A stretch of 64,000 nt of DNA, from IMG/VR virus record IMGVR_UViG_3300045988_077625, positions 20,961 to 84,960 of that record; one strand, given 5' to 3'. Each line of letters starts with the position of its first letter. Position 1 is the stretch's first letter. A program made the position numbers and the translations under genes. This DNA comes from a virus. Shown here piece after piece: positions 1 to 9,831 of this stretch. A model generated the notes under the pieces. The model was not told where the DNA came from and did not search any database. It saw nothing but the letters and a program-made list of their open reading frames with translations.

Positions 1-376
1 CCTCTGTAAATGTTGGCGTTTTCATTTTCTTTACAAGTCTAAATTGGCAAATTCTATCACCAGGATTGATTTTTGTATTTCTTGTAAAATAGCATGGCAT
101 TTTCCATACATCATTTGTACCAGAATACGAATTATCTATAACACCAACGGAATTTGTTTGAATGATACCCCAATTTTTAAAAGTTGATGATCTTGGAGCA
201 ATGTGTGCTTCGTAACCATCCGGTAGTTTCATAGATACGCCTAAATCAACTAAGGCAAAATCACCAGCCATAAAATACCCGCCAACGCTAGCTCTTAGAT
301 CAATCCAGTCGCCAACATCAACACTTTTTAATTTTGGCATATTTTTATCATGATATACAATTTCAATATCTAACAT
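1..376 (-). CDS. dut: dUTPase, 3' end cut by window edge
   Basis: Minus frame is open from ATG (376-374) to the window edge. Translation MLDIEIVYHD..GDWIDLRAS..IAPRSS..GVIDNSYSG..GDRICQF carries the dUTPase motifs. Not in the ORF track because it runs off the edge. Confidence 0.8.
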   Translation of the reverse strand, partial: MLDIEIVYHDKNMPKLKSVDVGDWIDLRASVGGYFMAGDFALVDLGVSMKLPDGYEAHIAPRSSTFKNWGIIQTNSVGVIDNSYSGTNDVWKMPCYFTRNTKINPGDRICQFRLVKKMKTPTFTE

Positions 377-380
377 TCTA

Positions 381-908
381 TCAACCACCATTTCTTCCAC
401 ATGGGTGAAACTCAGTACATAAGCCACCTCTATATTCGCATAGCGGCACTAGATAATCCTTGAACTCAGGATTAGTCTTAACCACCTCATCAACAATCTG
501 TTGCATGACTGCTCGTGTTTCAGGTGACGCTTGATTGCATAGGCGCTTATGAGCCATATATACAAGCTGCTGGGCGTTGATTGACATAACATGGCTTACT
601 AGCTCATCTTGTGGTGCTTTGTTGCGGTCATACTTGTCTTGCCTATCATTGCGTTGAGATTGAACGTAATGATTGCACCCTACATGATGACGAACGAAGT
701 GCACACTAATCCAGTAAGGGATAACCATATGAATACCAAACCACAACTCTCTAAGAGGGCTATGCTCGGCCCCGATTAGTTTGCGTTTCCATTCGTCATT
801 TGGTACATTCATTATCTGCTTGCCGATAGTGTTCATAGTACAATACTTGCACCATGCCCAATCTTCATCTGTTGGATGTTTCTTTATTTCTACATAAATA
901 TGGCTCAA
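381..908 (-). CDS. thyX: flavin-dependent thymidylate synthase ThyX-like
   Basis: RHHVGCNHYVQSQR resembles the ThyX RHRxxSxxxxSxR signature. TTG start follows GGAGGAGG. Sits directly upstream of dut. Confidence 0.75.
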   Translation of the reverse strand: MSHIYVEIKKHPTDEDWAWCKYCTMNTIGKQIMNVPNDEWKRKLIGAEHSPLRELWFGIHMVIPYWISVHFVRHHVGCNHYVQSQRNDRQDKYDRNKAPQDELVSHVMSINAQQLVYMAHKRLCNQASPETRAVMQQIVDEVVKTNPEFKDYLVPLCEYRGGLCTEFHPCGRNGG

Positions 909-925
909 ATAATCAATCCTCCTCC

Positions 926-1171
926 TTAATATTCACATTCAGCCATAACATCCTCTGTGATATCATGACATTCAATATCTACTAGATATAGCTTGTCGTC
1001 ATCGTAACGATTTGGCGAATATGTGACCATATCAATCTCCACACAGGTATCATCAATCCACACACGTTCACCAATACGAGGAATAATCATGTGTGCAGCA
1101 TCAGTATATGTCCATACATGTCCTGTACAATCTGCATTATCGTCAACAAAATATCTTAGTAGAAATTCCAT
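926..1171 (-). CDS. hypothetical protein
   Basis: Track ORF 926..1219. Internal ATG (MEFLLRYF..) preceded by GGGAGG is the likelier start. Confidence 0.5.
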   Translation of the reverse strand: MEFLLRYFVDDNADCTGHVWTYTDAAHMIIPRIGERVWIDDTCVEIDMVTYSPNRYDDDKLYLVDIECHDITEDVMAECEY

Positions 1172-1175
1172 CCAC

Positions 1176-1400
1176 TCAATCCTCCCAACTATATAGTTTA
1201 CAAAAATATGACACAGCATCCTTTTCGATGTATTTTTGCTTTACGACATAAACATCTTGCGTTTCAATGGAAACGTCTAGTGGCAACGACACCATATCTC
1301 CAATATTTGGATATGCGATAAAATCTTCTTCAGAGCATGAACAGATAAGTTGTTCGTTCCCTAACATATCATCGTAAAATCTAATCGTCCCCATAGTCAA
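1176..1400 (-). CDS. hypothetical protein
   Basis: Track ORF, tightly packed in the operon. Confidence 0.5.
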   Translation of the reverse strand: MTMGTIRFYDDMLGNEQLICSCSEEDFIAYPNIGDMVSLPLDVSIETQDVYVVKQKYIEKDAVSYFCKLYSWED

Positions 1401-1684
1401 TCTCCTGTATTGTTTCCAAAATCAATATCGCAATCATGGCAAGCATATCCAACACAATCCAATACAACATCGCCATATCTCTCTTTGTAGTGATATGATT
1501 CTAAGAGTTTACCACATTTTCTGCAACAGTATCTCTTATCTAACTCTCTATCCAAGATGTAAACATCGTCCAATGGAAAATATCTTTTCATATATGCAAG
1601 ACATCTACCAAATGTTTCTTCGTCGCCTAATTTGTTATAATACGATGTTAAAGCATCGATAATTTCATAAATCATATTATACAA
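1397..1684 (-). CDS. hypothetical Cys-rich (zinc-binding?) protein
   Basis: CCRKCGK ... CHDCD cysteine pairs. Overlaps its neighbours by 4-8 nt. Confidence 0.5.
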   Translation of the reverse strand: MYNMIYEIIDALTSYYNKLGDEETFGRCLAYMKRYFPLDDVYILDRELDKRYCCRKCGKLLESYHYKERYGDVVLDCVGYACHDCDIDFGNNTGD

Positions 1685-1922
1685 ATCTCAACCCCTTTCT
1701 TTTCATCAAGTAGCAATATCTGCCGCAGTCAATTAGATAAATCGTTTCGCCAGACTTGTTTTTATGCCATTCAATAACTTTCCCGTATTGACAATGACGG
1801 GGCTTATTGTTCCAGTGGAACTTAGATGCGTAATAAATGTCAATATTGTTATCTTCAAACCAGTCAAGATCACCTTGCCACCAGAAATTTTCTTCGACGA
1901 TAATTGCATTTCTTTTATTCAT
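1677..1922 (-). CDS. hypothetical protein
   Basis: Track ORF in the operon. Confidence 0.5.
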   Translation of the reverse strand: MNKRNAIIVEENFWWQGDLDWFEDNNIDIYYASKFHWNNKPRHCQYGKVIEWHKNKSGETIYLIDCGRYCYLMKRKGLRFV

Positions 1923-1937
1923 TTATTTGCACCATCC

Positions 1938-2183
1938 TTATCTAAACAACATGTTCTGCCATTGTTTTGACACAATTTCGATGTACTCTTTAACCGCATC
2001 GTTTACATCCACCATATTATTGTATTTTTCTATAAGATTGTTGTTAGACCATCTATAAACCCATTTGTACTTATTGGACATGAATACAATCGAGTTATTG
2101 TAGATTGTTATGTTTCCATTCAGTTTTTGTTGAACAGAGTCTAAGAATATCTTCAGGTATTTTCTATATTCCATATCGTTCAC
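1938..2183 (-). CDS. hypothetical protein
   Basis: Track ORF in the operon. Confidence 0.5.
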   Translation of the reverse strand: MNDMEYRKYLKIFLDSVQQKLNGNITIYNNSIVFMSNKYKWVYRWSNNNLIEKYNNMVDVNDAVKEYIEIVSKQWQNMLFR

Positions 2184-3217
2184 CCGGCATATAAAGATTT
2201 ATACTTACGAATATGTTTTACCAATTTTTTGATATCTCGCTTTGTCGTTGTATTAGAGAATGAGACTCGAATTACATATGGCGCATATTCTGATGGAATG
2301 TTACAAGCGGCTAGCACTCTGTAGTCTTTGACGTCTGCACACGCGCTATGTCCTACAGACACATAGATTTTTTTAGATGCTAAGTAGGATTGCAAAGAAT
2401 CTGCGCTGATATCAAACAGCAAGATAGAATTGATGGCTTTTGTTTTCTCATGCTGAGAATCTACAACATATGAGGTTAATGAATTTTTATAAAGCTGCTT
2501 TTGCAAAAACCTGGACAAATCATCAAAATGCAATTCGTTTAAGTTGTCTACTGATCTACTCAACGCATTTGTTAATTGCTCAATTCCGTTTAAATCTTTT
2601 GTTCCACCCAAAGAAAATTCATATAGGCATTTGCTTAAAGCGTTGGACAACCAAACAAATCCAATTCCAGGATTAGCCCCAAATTTATGTCCAGATGCGA
2701 ACACCATATCACAACAACTTGAAATATCCTCTGGAATTTTATTGTGTCCAATAGCAGCTGTAAGATCGCAACAACAAAACGCGCCATATTCTTTACAAAT
2801 ATTTCCGATGGCTTCTACATCGTATATGCGCCCTGTAATGTTATTTGTTAACATCTGATAAACAAAGATTTTATCATACCAACTTTTTTCTTCCAATTTA
2901 TCTAACTGAACACATAAATCTGATTCATTGTTAAATGTTGAATGAGACACGTTCACAATGGATTCGTGTTCAAAGCAACTAGCCAAATTTGTGTATCGCA
3001 AGAAGCGCATTCTATAGTTTAGTTGTTCCAACAACGTGGAAACATCATGACAAAATAAAAATTTTCCATCATGCAAATTCAATTTGTTGCGGATCGTATT
3101 TTCAAAATTTTGTAATGCTACTGACTCATTTTTAGCATATTGTTGATTTGCATTCAGCATCCACTTGTTTTTTCTTTTAATTTCAGGACAAGTAGAAGCG
3201 TAATCCAAATACACCAT
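2180..3217 (-). CDS. class V aminotransferase / cysteine desulfurase-like (NifS/IscS/DndA-like), copy 1
   Basis: N-terminus MVYLDYAST. PLP-lysine context ASGHKFG. Cys loop VGHSACAD. Paralogous to 10789..11883. Confidence 0.7.
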   Translation of the reverse strand: MVYLDYASTCPEIKRKNKWMLNANQQYAKNESVALQNFENTIRNKLNLHDGKFLFCHDVSTLLEQLNYRMRFLRYTNLASCFEHESIVNVSHSTFNNESDLCVQLDKLEEKSWYDKIFVYQMLTNNITGRIYDVEAIGNICKEYGAFCCCDLTAAIGHNKIPEDISSCCDMVFASGHKFGANPGIGFVWLSNALSKCLYEFSLGGTKDLNGIEQLTNALSRSVDNLNELHFDDLSRFLQKQLYKNSLTSYVVDSQHEKTKAINSILLFDISADSLQSYLASKKIYVSVGHSACADVKDYRVLAACNIPSEYAPYVIRVSFSNTTTKRDIKKLVKHIRKYKSLYAG

Positions 3218-3235
3218 TTCTTCACCCTCTTTCTT

Positions 3236-3397
3236 TTAGCCAATTACTTTGTAATATTTTTTATCAAACACTCTACACGTCAACCCATAAAATTCTTTGG
3301 GGAACAGCACCTTGTACACAGGAAATCCGTCACTAATTTTTGTAACATATCCAATTACGCCCGAAGTAGATTCAATGTATTTTCCTTTTCTAAACAT
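3236..3397 (-). CDS. small hypothetical protein (53 aa, below track cutoff)
   Basis: My translation is MFRKGKYIESTSGVIGYVTK...KVIG. ATG is preceded by GGAGG and lies just downstream of promoter 3431..3459. Confidence 0.4.
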   Translation of the reverse strand: MFRKGKYIESTSGVIGYVTKISDGFPVYKVLFPKEFYGLTCRVFDKKYYKVIG

Positions 3398-3430
3398 CCT
3401 TGACAACCTCCGTTGATTTATTGTATCTAT

Positions 3431-3459
3431 ATAGTATCATATAAAACAGAGGTTGTCAA
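3431..3459 (-). promoter_or_regulatory. sigma70/sigmaA-type promoter
   Basis: Minus strand reads TTGACA-17 nt-TACTAT. Confidence 0.6.
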
Positions 3460-3474
3460 GGATTATTTTTTTAT

Positions 3475-5745
3475 TTACTCACATTTTGTCCAAGCACAGT
3501 TGGGACACGAAACACAGCCACCAATATGCACTAGCGGTTCGCCGCATTCCGGGCATAACTGCTGTTGCATATTTACCTTGCTAATTGGTTCAACAGGGAT
3601 TTTCTTAACCGGCTTTTCTTCACTGTCTTTACTATCATCATCCAGTTCTGATTGCATCTCATTATACATATCTACCAGAGCATTACCAATAGCCATAGGA
3701 CAACACGACCCCTTACTTGTATCATGGTGAGTTGCCTTTCTAGTGGCATAAGATGGACATACACCAGTTGAATCAAGCTGATCTTTGATGGTCATAATAT
3801 CAACGCCAGCGCGGCATAGTAGGCTGACCATGCGGCTTAGACCTGTCATGAAATTAGCACATCCACCTGTCGAGCCTTTATTGAAATATACCTCTTGTAG
3901 ATTGCCGTCAATTGGGTCAAAGAATGCTAAAACATGAAGTGAGCCGCATCCTGTCTGGATTTTGCGCTTTTTGCCAATCAGGTCGTTACTTGCTTCGATG
4001 ATTGAGCCGCGAGGCAGAATAGTAGATGTATTTTCTAACTTAGTTCCATCATCTTTCTTTGATTCAACATTTAGAATGCCAGCTCTCTTGCATCCGGCAC
4101 GATATACTGTAATACCCTTTAGATGCTTTTCCCAAGCATACATATATAGGTCTTTTACATCATCTACTGTCGCTTCATTTGGTAGATTGACAGTTGAGCT
4201 AATACTTGCATCAATATGTTTCTGCCATACTGATTGCATATCAATACGCCGCTCAATAGGAATAGTTGCAGATGTTACAAAGTATGATGGCAAGCCAAGT
4301 TCATCTTTAATACCATGTGCATCCATATATTCTTTAACGATTGGAGTATATACCTTATACACCTCATCATGCCCATGTAGAGATTTAGTTGTACGCTCAT
4401 AGTAATTAGCGAAAATTGGCTCAATGCCGCCTGATACACCAATCATTGTGCTAATAGAGCCAGTTGGGGCGATAGTTAATAGTTGACTATTACGCATACC
4501 ATACATATAAATCAATGTCCCAGCTTCATTATCATCATCTTTGATGTGTTCAACAAAGAACGGAGATGTGGTTACTTTGTTGAAGTCCCAATTATTATAA
4601 TAATCTTTATCTTTAGCTACTCTAGCACTAGCTACGATGGCATTTCTAGCCATAGAATAACCAATAGCGTCACATAGGGCGATAGAATCAGGCGAGCCGT
4701 ATTCAATGCCTAGCTTGATAAGCATATCAGCTAGCCCCATAATACCAAGCCCAATCTGTCTCCAATCTCTAACCGTCTTGCGCTGTTCAGCAAGTGGATG
4801 CCGCTCAAGTCCTTCATCAAGCACATCATTTAGTGCTTTAACTGCAATATTTACAGTTCTGTTAAAATCATCCCAGTCAAACTTGCCGTTATCGGCAAAT
4901 GCAGATAGGTTGATTGCACCAAGTAGACATGAGCCTCCTGCTGGTAGTGGTTCTTCTGCACAGGGATTTACACCAGCATATTCAAAATCCTTGTCATTGC
5001 TTACCAGATTCCAGTTGGTAATTCTATCCCAATAGAGAATACCTGGCTCGGCATAATCCCAATTATTACGGCATAACAGGTCAAAAATATCTCGCGCTTT
5101 TACTGTTTTCTTTATTTCTTCACCTGTTTCATTGCGCTTATAGTATAGTTCCCAATCTTCATCATTTTTAACTGCTACCATAAAACGGTCTGTAACGCGA
5201 ACTGAGATATTAGCAGATGTTACTTTGTTCAAGTCGGATTTTACTGTAATAAATTTTTCTAGGTCTGGATGGGTGCAATCAATGCTAATCATCAATGCCC
5301 CACGTCTACCATTCTGACCAATCTGCTCTGTTACTTGACTGAATGTATCCATAAAGCTGACTGCGCCTGATGTGGATTTAGCTTGATTATTAACTTTTGC
5401 GCCACATGGGGCAAGTTTGCTAATGTCAATTCCGCAGCCTCCTCCATATGAGTACGTCCTAGCCAGCTTTTTAGCAGTATCATAAATTGACTCAATATTA
5501 TCTTCAGGTGGTGAAATCACATAACAATTGCTATATGTTACCTTTTCATCATCAATGCCGCGATTGCTCAAGATGCGCCCGCCAAATAAGAATTTCTTAT
5601 CAGCAATAAGCTCTGCTACATCTGCATCGCCACCACTTACACGCTTAAGCCAATCTTCAAAAGATTCCCCATTGCGCTGATATTTCTTTTTCCAGATGTC
5701 AATACCAAGCTGATTTTCTTTACCTAGCCATTCTTCAACAAACAA
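3475..5745 (-). CDS. nrdJ: ribonucleotide reductase, probably B12-dependent class II
   Basis: NPCAEEPLPAGGSCLLGAINL active-site loop. No small subunit nearby. C-terminal CPECG..CVSCPNC zinc ribbon. TTG start. Confidence 0.8.
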   Translation of the reverse strand: MFVEEWLGKENQLGIDIWKKKYQRNGESFEDWLKRVSGGDADVAELIADKKFLFGGRILSNRGIDDEKVTYSNCYVISPPEDNIESIYDTAKKLARTYSYGGGCGIDISKLAPCGAKVNNQAKSTSGAVSFMDTFSQVTEQIGQNGRRGALMISIDCTHPDLEKFITVKSDLNKVTSANISVRVTDRFMVAVKNDEDWELYYKRNETGEEIKKTVKARDIFDLLCRNNWDYAEPGILYWDRITNWNLVSNDKDFEYAGVNPCAEEPLPAGGSCLLGAINLSAFADNGKFDWDDFNRTVNIAVKALNDVLDEGLERHPLAEQRKTVRDWRQIGLGIMGLADMLIKLGIEYGSPDSIALCDAIGYSMARNAIVASARVAKDKDYYNNWDFNKVTTSPFFVEHIKDDDNEAGTLIYMYGMRNSQLLTIAPTGSISTMIGVSGGIEPIFANYYERTTKSLHGHDEVYKVYTPIVKEYMDAHGIKDELGLPSYFVTSATIPIERRIDMQSVWQKHIDASISSTVNLPNEATVDDVKDLYMYAWEKHLKGITVYRAGCKRAGILNVESKKDDGTKLENTSTILPRGSIIEASNDLIGKKRKIQTGCGSLHVLAFFDPIDGNLQEVYFNKGSTGGCANFMTGLSRMVSLLCRAGVDIMTIKDQLDSTGVCPSYATRKATHHDTSKGSCCPMAIGNALVDMYNEMQSELDDDSKDSEEKPVKKIPVEPISKVNMQQQLCPECGEPLVHIGGCVSCPNCAWTKCE

Positions 5746-5761
5746 TAATCATCTTCCTCCT

Positions 5762-6136
5762 TTATTCAAAGTCATTCATATTAAAGCAATATGCCGTATC
5801 ATCAATTAGCATATCACAATAAATCTTGCGGCAATCCTTATATAGCTCAATTCGCGCCGGGTCATTTTCATTGAAATAATCCCAACGGATATTATGCTTT
5901 TTCAACCATTCTTTAGCTACTTCCGCAGATTCTCCTTCACGACAAGTAGTGATGATAATGACAATATCCATCTCTTGTACAGAGCGGATAAATTCTGCAA
6001 TCGGTGTTTCTAGTCCACACAGCGGATATGAACTATAGCATAGCGTATGGTCAAAATCCACTGCTAATACAAATTTAGTAGGCGGAGATTGTGCATAATA
6101 AGCGTTAATAATCTTCTTAAATTCGGTTCGATTCAT
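5762..6136 (-). CDS. HAD-superfamily phosphatase (putative deoxyribonucleotidase)
   Basis: DFDHTL motif I near the N-terminus. Small size and nucleotide-metabolism context. Confidence 0.55.
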   Translation of the reverse strand: MNRTEFKKIINAYYAQSPPTKFVLAVDFDHTLCYSSYPLCGLETPIAEFIRSVQEMDIVIIITTCREGESAEVAKEWLKKHNIRWDYFNENDPARIELYKDCRKIYCDMLIDDTAYCFNMNDFE

Positions 6137-6170
6137 TTTTAATCATATTACCTCCTTGTCATATATATTA

Positions 6171-8345
6171 TCACGATTCAGTTGATTTGTCAAGTAGCAT
6201 TTCACATAATTCAGTATTTCTTTCCTTTTCCTCTTGTACTCTCAATCCCTCTTGAATAGCCGCCTCATCTCCAATCAATATTAGCCGCTCTTGAGCTCGT
6301 GATACCGCCGTGTAGCACAAATTGCGACTTAACATTCTTACATGGCTTCTATCAATCACTACAATCACAGCCTTTGCTTGGCTACCTTGGCAGCTATGAA
6401 TAGAAATTGCATATGCTAATAGTGTATTCTTGATATGAGACTTATCAACTATACAATTACCGCAATCATATCGCACAATCATATATGGCTCTTTTTCATC
6501 TGGTACAATTTCCATTACTGTGCCAATATCGCCATTTGCTACAAAAGCCGTATCATCATCAACAAGCGGCATAGCATATTCATTCTTTTTGTTAATGACC
6601 TTATCGCCAACTTTGAAATAGATAGGTACATTATTAACAATATGCCCAACCGTGCTTAATTCATTTGGATTGAATTTGGCTTGAATCGCCCCATTGATAG
6701 CTAATGAGCCAATTTCGCCCTTATTAAATGGGGATAGAATCAGCACATCATCCTTACTATATCCATCTGCTAAGAGCCGCGCATATTCTTGTTCAATTTG
6801 ATTGATTACTAATGTATCAGTTTCAATGAACTTATAATCTGTGAAAGTATCTGTCAGATGGTCATTTACTCCATTTCGTACATCAGTAGCTATGGTGATA
6901 ATGCCAGATGTGTTATATCTGAATACTTTAGTCAAGTTGCATACAGGCACTATGCCACTATCAAGCATATCCTCAACAATATTACCACAAGCAATAGATG
7001 CAAGCTGAGATGGGTCAGCTATGAAAATGATTTTGGTATTATCTGCTACCTTATCAAATAGCATTGATAGCAAATGGACGCTAACCATACCCATTTCATC
7101 AATTAGCACATAATCGCCCAGATTGCCCTCACGAATCAAGAACATATGAATAGTGCTTGCTTCGCGCCCTGTTGCTTCTCTTAGGCGTTTGCTAGCTATC
7201 CCTGTCGGGGATAAGAGGGTATAACTATAATCGTTAGCTTCTAACATTTCAATGATTGCCTTGGTCGTAGCCGATTTCCCCGATCCGGCGCTTCCCGTCA
7301 GCATCATAACGTCCTGCTTACAAGCCATCTCAAGAATCTGCGCCTGTTCATCAGTCAGTTCTAAGCCGTCTACGTTTGTAAACTTCTGCCAATCCATAGG
7401 ATAATAATGTGGGTTGGCTATTTTTTTCTTGATGACATCAGCAATATGTTGTTCTGCGCTATATGTGGCTTGTAGAGCTGTATTTTGACTAGAGGTGTCA
7501 TAGTGTACTTGCGCCGATTTTGTCACAACATCGAGGAGATGATGGACACATTGAGGGGCTTTACGCTTGACCATATCAAATAGCTGTTTGGCTTGCATTC
7601 TTGTATTACCGTCCAACTCATTATGCTTTAGAGCATAAATAGTAGCCGCCTCACATCGTTCATAGCTATCAATCCATTGACACGTCTTTTTGGTTATCGC
7701 CTTATCAGCTCTATCGAACGACCATTCAAGCAAGTTAATCATAACAGCATATGGATTAGCATTTATATCCTTGCTAAATTCATATACATTCTTATATGTT
7801 GCGGCAATTTTGTTTATATCCTCATCATGCTCAATGCACCAAGAATATGTTTCGCCCATAAATTTAACACGCTTGTTGATTGTCTTGATTTTGTCAATAT
7901 ATCTTGGCAATAGCACATTACCTACGCCACGAATTTTTTTGTAGTCCAGCTTGTCGGATTCGCCATTCAGCACCATACTGACAAAATGAGGATATGCGGC
8001 ATGACATGATTCGGCTTGCCCATTGGTCATTAGGCTGCGTAGCGTCTGTAATTCGGCTTTTTCTGTTAGATTGAATTTGCCATCTTTAGCTACAAATCCA
8101 GCGAATCCAATAAATTTATAGCTATATTTATACTTGTCGTCCTCACATGGCTCGATGATACAATCAATAGACTGCCCCATTTTCAAGTCGGCAATCCCAG
8201 TTCCTTTTAGGCTGATTGTGCCATATTGAGGATGCCGTTCTATTGAGTCATCCTTAGTGCGACATGATATAATTGAGAAATTGGATTCAGGATTATTGAA
8301 TATCATGCGCATTGGGATTAATTTTACTGTTTGCATGGAATACAC
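6171..8345 (-). CDS. RecD/RecD2-like SF1 DNA helicase
   Basis: Walker A LTGSAGSGKS, Walker B IDEMGMV, C-terminal SIHSCQGSQAKAVIVV. Confidence 0.8.
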   Translation of the reverse strand: MYSMQTVKLIPMRMIFNNPESNFSIISCRTKDDSIERHPQYGTISLKGTGIADLKMGQSIDCIIEPCEDDKYKYSYKFIGFAGFVAKDGKFNLTEKAELQTLRSLMTNGQAESCHAAYPHFVSMVLNGESDKLDYKKIRGVGNVLLPRYIDKIKTINKRVKFMGETYSWCIEHDEDINKIAATYKNVYEFSKDINANPYAVMINLLEWSFDRADKAITKKTCQWIDSYERCEAATIYALKHNELDGNTRMQAKQLFDMVKRKAPQCVHHLLDVVTKSAQVHYDTSSQNTALQATYSAEQHIADVIKKKIANPHYYPMDWQKFTNVDGLELTDEQAQILEMACKQDVMMLTGSAGSGKSATTKAIIEMLEANDYSYTLLSPTGIASKRLREATGREASTIHMFLIREGNLGDYVLIDEMGMVSVHLLSMLFDKVADNTKIIFIADPSQLASIACGNIVEDMLDSGIVPVCNLTKVFRYNTSGIITIATDVRNGVNDHLTDTFTDYKFIETDTLVINQIEQEYARLLADGYSKDDVLILSPFNKGEIGSLAINGAIQAKFNPNELSTVGHIVNNVPIYFKVGDKVINKKNEYAMPLVDDDTAFVANGDIGTVMEIVPDEKEPYMIVRYDCGNCIVDKSHIKNTLLAYAISIHSCQGSQAKAVIVVIDRSHVRMLSRNLCYTAVSRAQERLILIGDEAAIQEGLRVQEEKERNTELCEMLLDKSTES

Positions 8346-9049
8346 CTATACAATTTTTCTGTTTTATCGGTACGACTTGATTTATCCAGTGTGCACTTCA
8401 ACTTGCCTTCCCAGATACATTCAAAGCCGTCCTCTGGCATCCAATATTCACTAATCAGAACGATATTAGTCTTAGCCATTTTTTTACACCAAGCATAGAA
8501 TTTATCATAGTCAAAATCGCTTGTTGCATATTTTGTTGTATCGCGGTATGGAGGGTCACAATAAATGACCATATGATCCACATCCAATTTCCAGAAATCG
8601 CCACATACAAAAAATATTCCTTTTAACTTGGGGGCTTGTTTCTTGATATTTCTGATAGCCTCGTTAGTAATATCTCTTGGCGTTACGCCATCTGCTTTGA
8701 AGCCCCTTGGATAACCACCGAACCATTTTGCGCCGAACGTACAGAACCCTACAAGCCCTACATACCAATCTGGATAATTGGATGGATTGGTTCTTACAGC
8801 ATTATATTCTTCCTCTGTGATGGTATCAGGCAAATCATCTGTTGTCTCTGATACATGATTTAGTAATGCAATCAGATATTTATGAACATCGTTTCCAATC
8901 TTACATGGGCATTTGATTTTATCAATCATATTAGCACCGCCAACAAACGGCTCTAAATAGCCACGACAATTAGGCATATTATCAATATATGATTGGATAA
9001 TAGGTGCAATTTGCTTACTCAAGCGGTTCTTGCTCCCAACGTATTTCAT
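8324..9049 (-). CDS. dam: Dam-like N6-adenine DNA methyltransferase
   Basis: MKYVGSKNRL start, EPFVGGANM (motif I), CDPPY (motif IV). Confidence 0.85.
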   Translation of the reverse strand: MKYVGSKNRLSKQIAPIIQSYIDNMPNCRGYLEPFVGGANMIDKIKCPCKIGNDVHKYLIALLNHVSETTDDLPDTITEEEYNAVRTNPSNYPDWYVGLVGFCTFGAKWFGGYPRGFKADGVTPRDITNEAIRNIKKQAPKLKGIFFVCGDFWKLDVDHMVIYCDPPYRDTTKYATSDFDYDKFYAWCKKMAKTNIVLISEYWMPEDGFECIWEGKLKCTLDKSSRTDKTEKLYRCIPCKQ

Positions 9050-9309
9050 TTGTCATCCTCCTCAACCAGCAGTTGTTCCCATCTGTCAATAATAATCTCC
9101 ATCAGCTTAGTTGCTCCAAACGCTGGCTCCCAGTCTTCATTGTACATTACTTCAAACCCTGTGCAATCAACAAATGTAATCCAACGATATTTTGTAGCTG
9201 TCACCTTAAATTCATTATTGCCTGTTACGCTTACATTTGCTTTTAGCAAGCTATTACAGATATGGCATACAGCATCAAGCCATGCTTCATAGGTTAATAC
9301 GTCTTGCAT
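9046..9309 (-). CDS. hypothetical protein
   Basis: Track ORF with a 4-nt overlap to dam. Confidence 0.5.
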   Translation of the reverse strand: MQDVLTYEAWLDAVCHICNSLLKANVSVTGNNEFKVTATKYRWITFVDCTGFEVMYNEDWEPAFGATKLMEIIIDRWEQLLVEEDDK

Positions 9310-9313
9310 TTGA

Positions 9314-9502
9314 TTACATCTCCTCTTGCCCCAAATTTATAAATTCGCAAACACTCATAATTATATCTTCATATTTATCAAATTCATTAGATTTTTTAAC
9401 AAAATCTCTTGCTTCATACTCCATGAAAAATTTAGGAGTAAAAATCAATTTGTATCTATCTGTTCTCGTGTTTCTAACTTTAACAAACCAGTTATGTTTC
9501 AT
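9314..9502 (-). CDS. hypothetical protein
   Basis: Track ORF. AGGAGG upstream. Downstream of promoter 9536..9564. Confidence 0.5.
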   Translation of the reverse strand: MKHNWFVKVRNTRTDRYKLIFTPKFFMEYEARDFVKKSNEFDKYEDIIMSVCEFINLGQEEM

Positions 9503-9535
9503 AATTAAAACAACCTCCTGTTCTTTGATAAATCA

Positions 9536-9564
9536 AGTATATCATAGTAACAAGAGGTTGTCAA
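9536..9564 (-). promoter_or_regulatory. sigma70-type promoter
   Basis: Minus strand reads TTGACA-17-TATACT. Confidence 0.65.
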
Positions 9565-9576
9565 GCAATATTTTAA

Positions 9577-9831
9577 TTATTTTTTAATCATTTTCTTTAA
9601 TTCTGCAAATAGCTCTCTACCACAAATAGGACAAGTAGAATTTATGTCAACTACATATTTTTCATCTACCATTAGACCGCAATTTGGGCATTTAATAGGT
9701 GCATATTTTAGGGGACGCTCAGTCCGTTTGCGACGATTTCTTTCTGCTCTGCTCAATTTCTTCTTTCTCCTTATATTTTGCTCTATATTCGTCCCGTCTG
9801 GCTTCATCACCATCATTCCACCATTTAACAT
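9577..9831 (-). CDS. possible small zinc-ribbon protein (start uncertain)
   Basis: CPNCG...CPICG pairs. Overlaps the 3' tail of the PP-loop gene in another frame. Confidence 0.35.
   Translation of the reverse strand: MLNGGMMVMKPDGTNIEQNIRRKKKLSRAERNRRKRTERPLKYAPIKCPNCGLMVDEKYVVDINSTCPICGRELFAELKKMIKK

Noticed and set aside
3962-5035. Plus-strand track ORFs inside the RNR gene (3962..4402, 4483..4677, 4706..5035). Similar antisense ORFs lie inside dnaE, the helicase, the desulfurases, the scaffold gene and others.
   Set aside because: They are shadow frames opposite long, motif-bearing genes. They have no SD, a low-complexity Ser/Leu/Ile-rich composition, and do not fit the operon layout.
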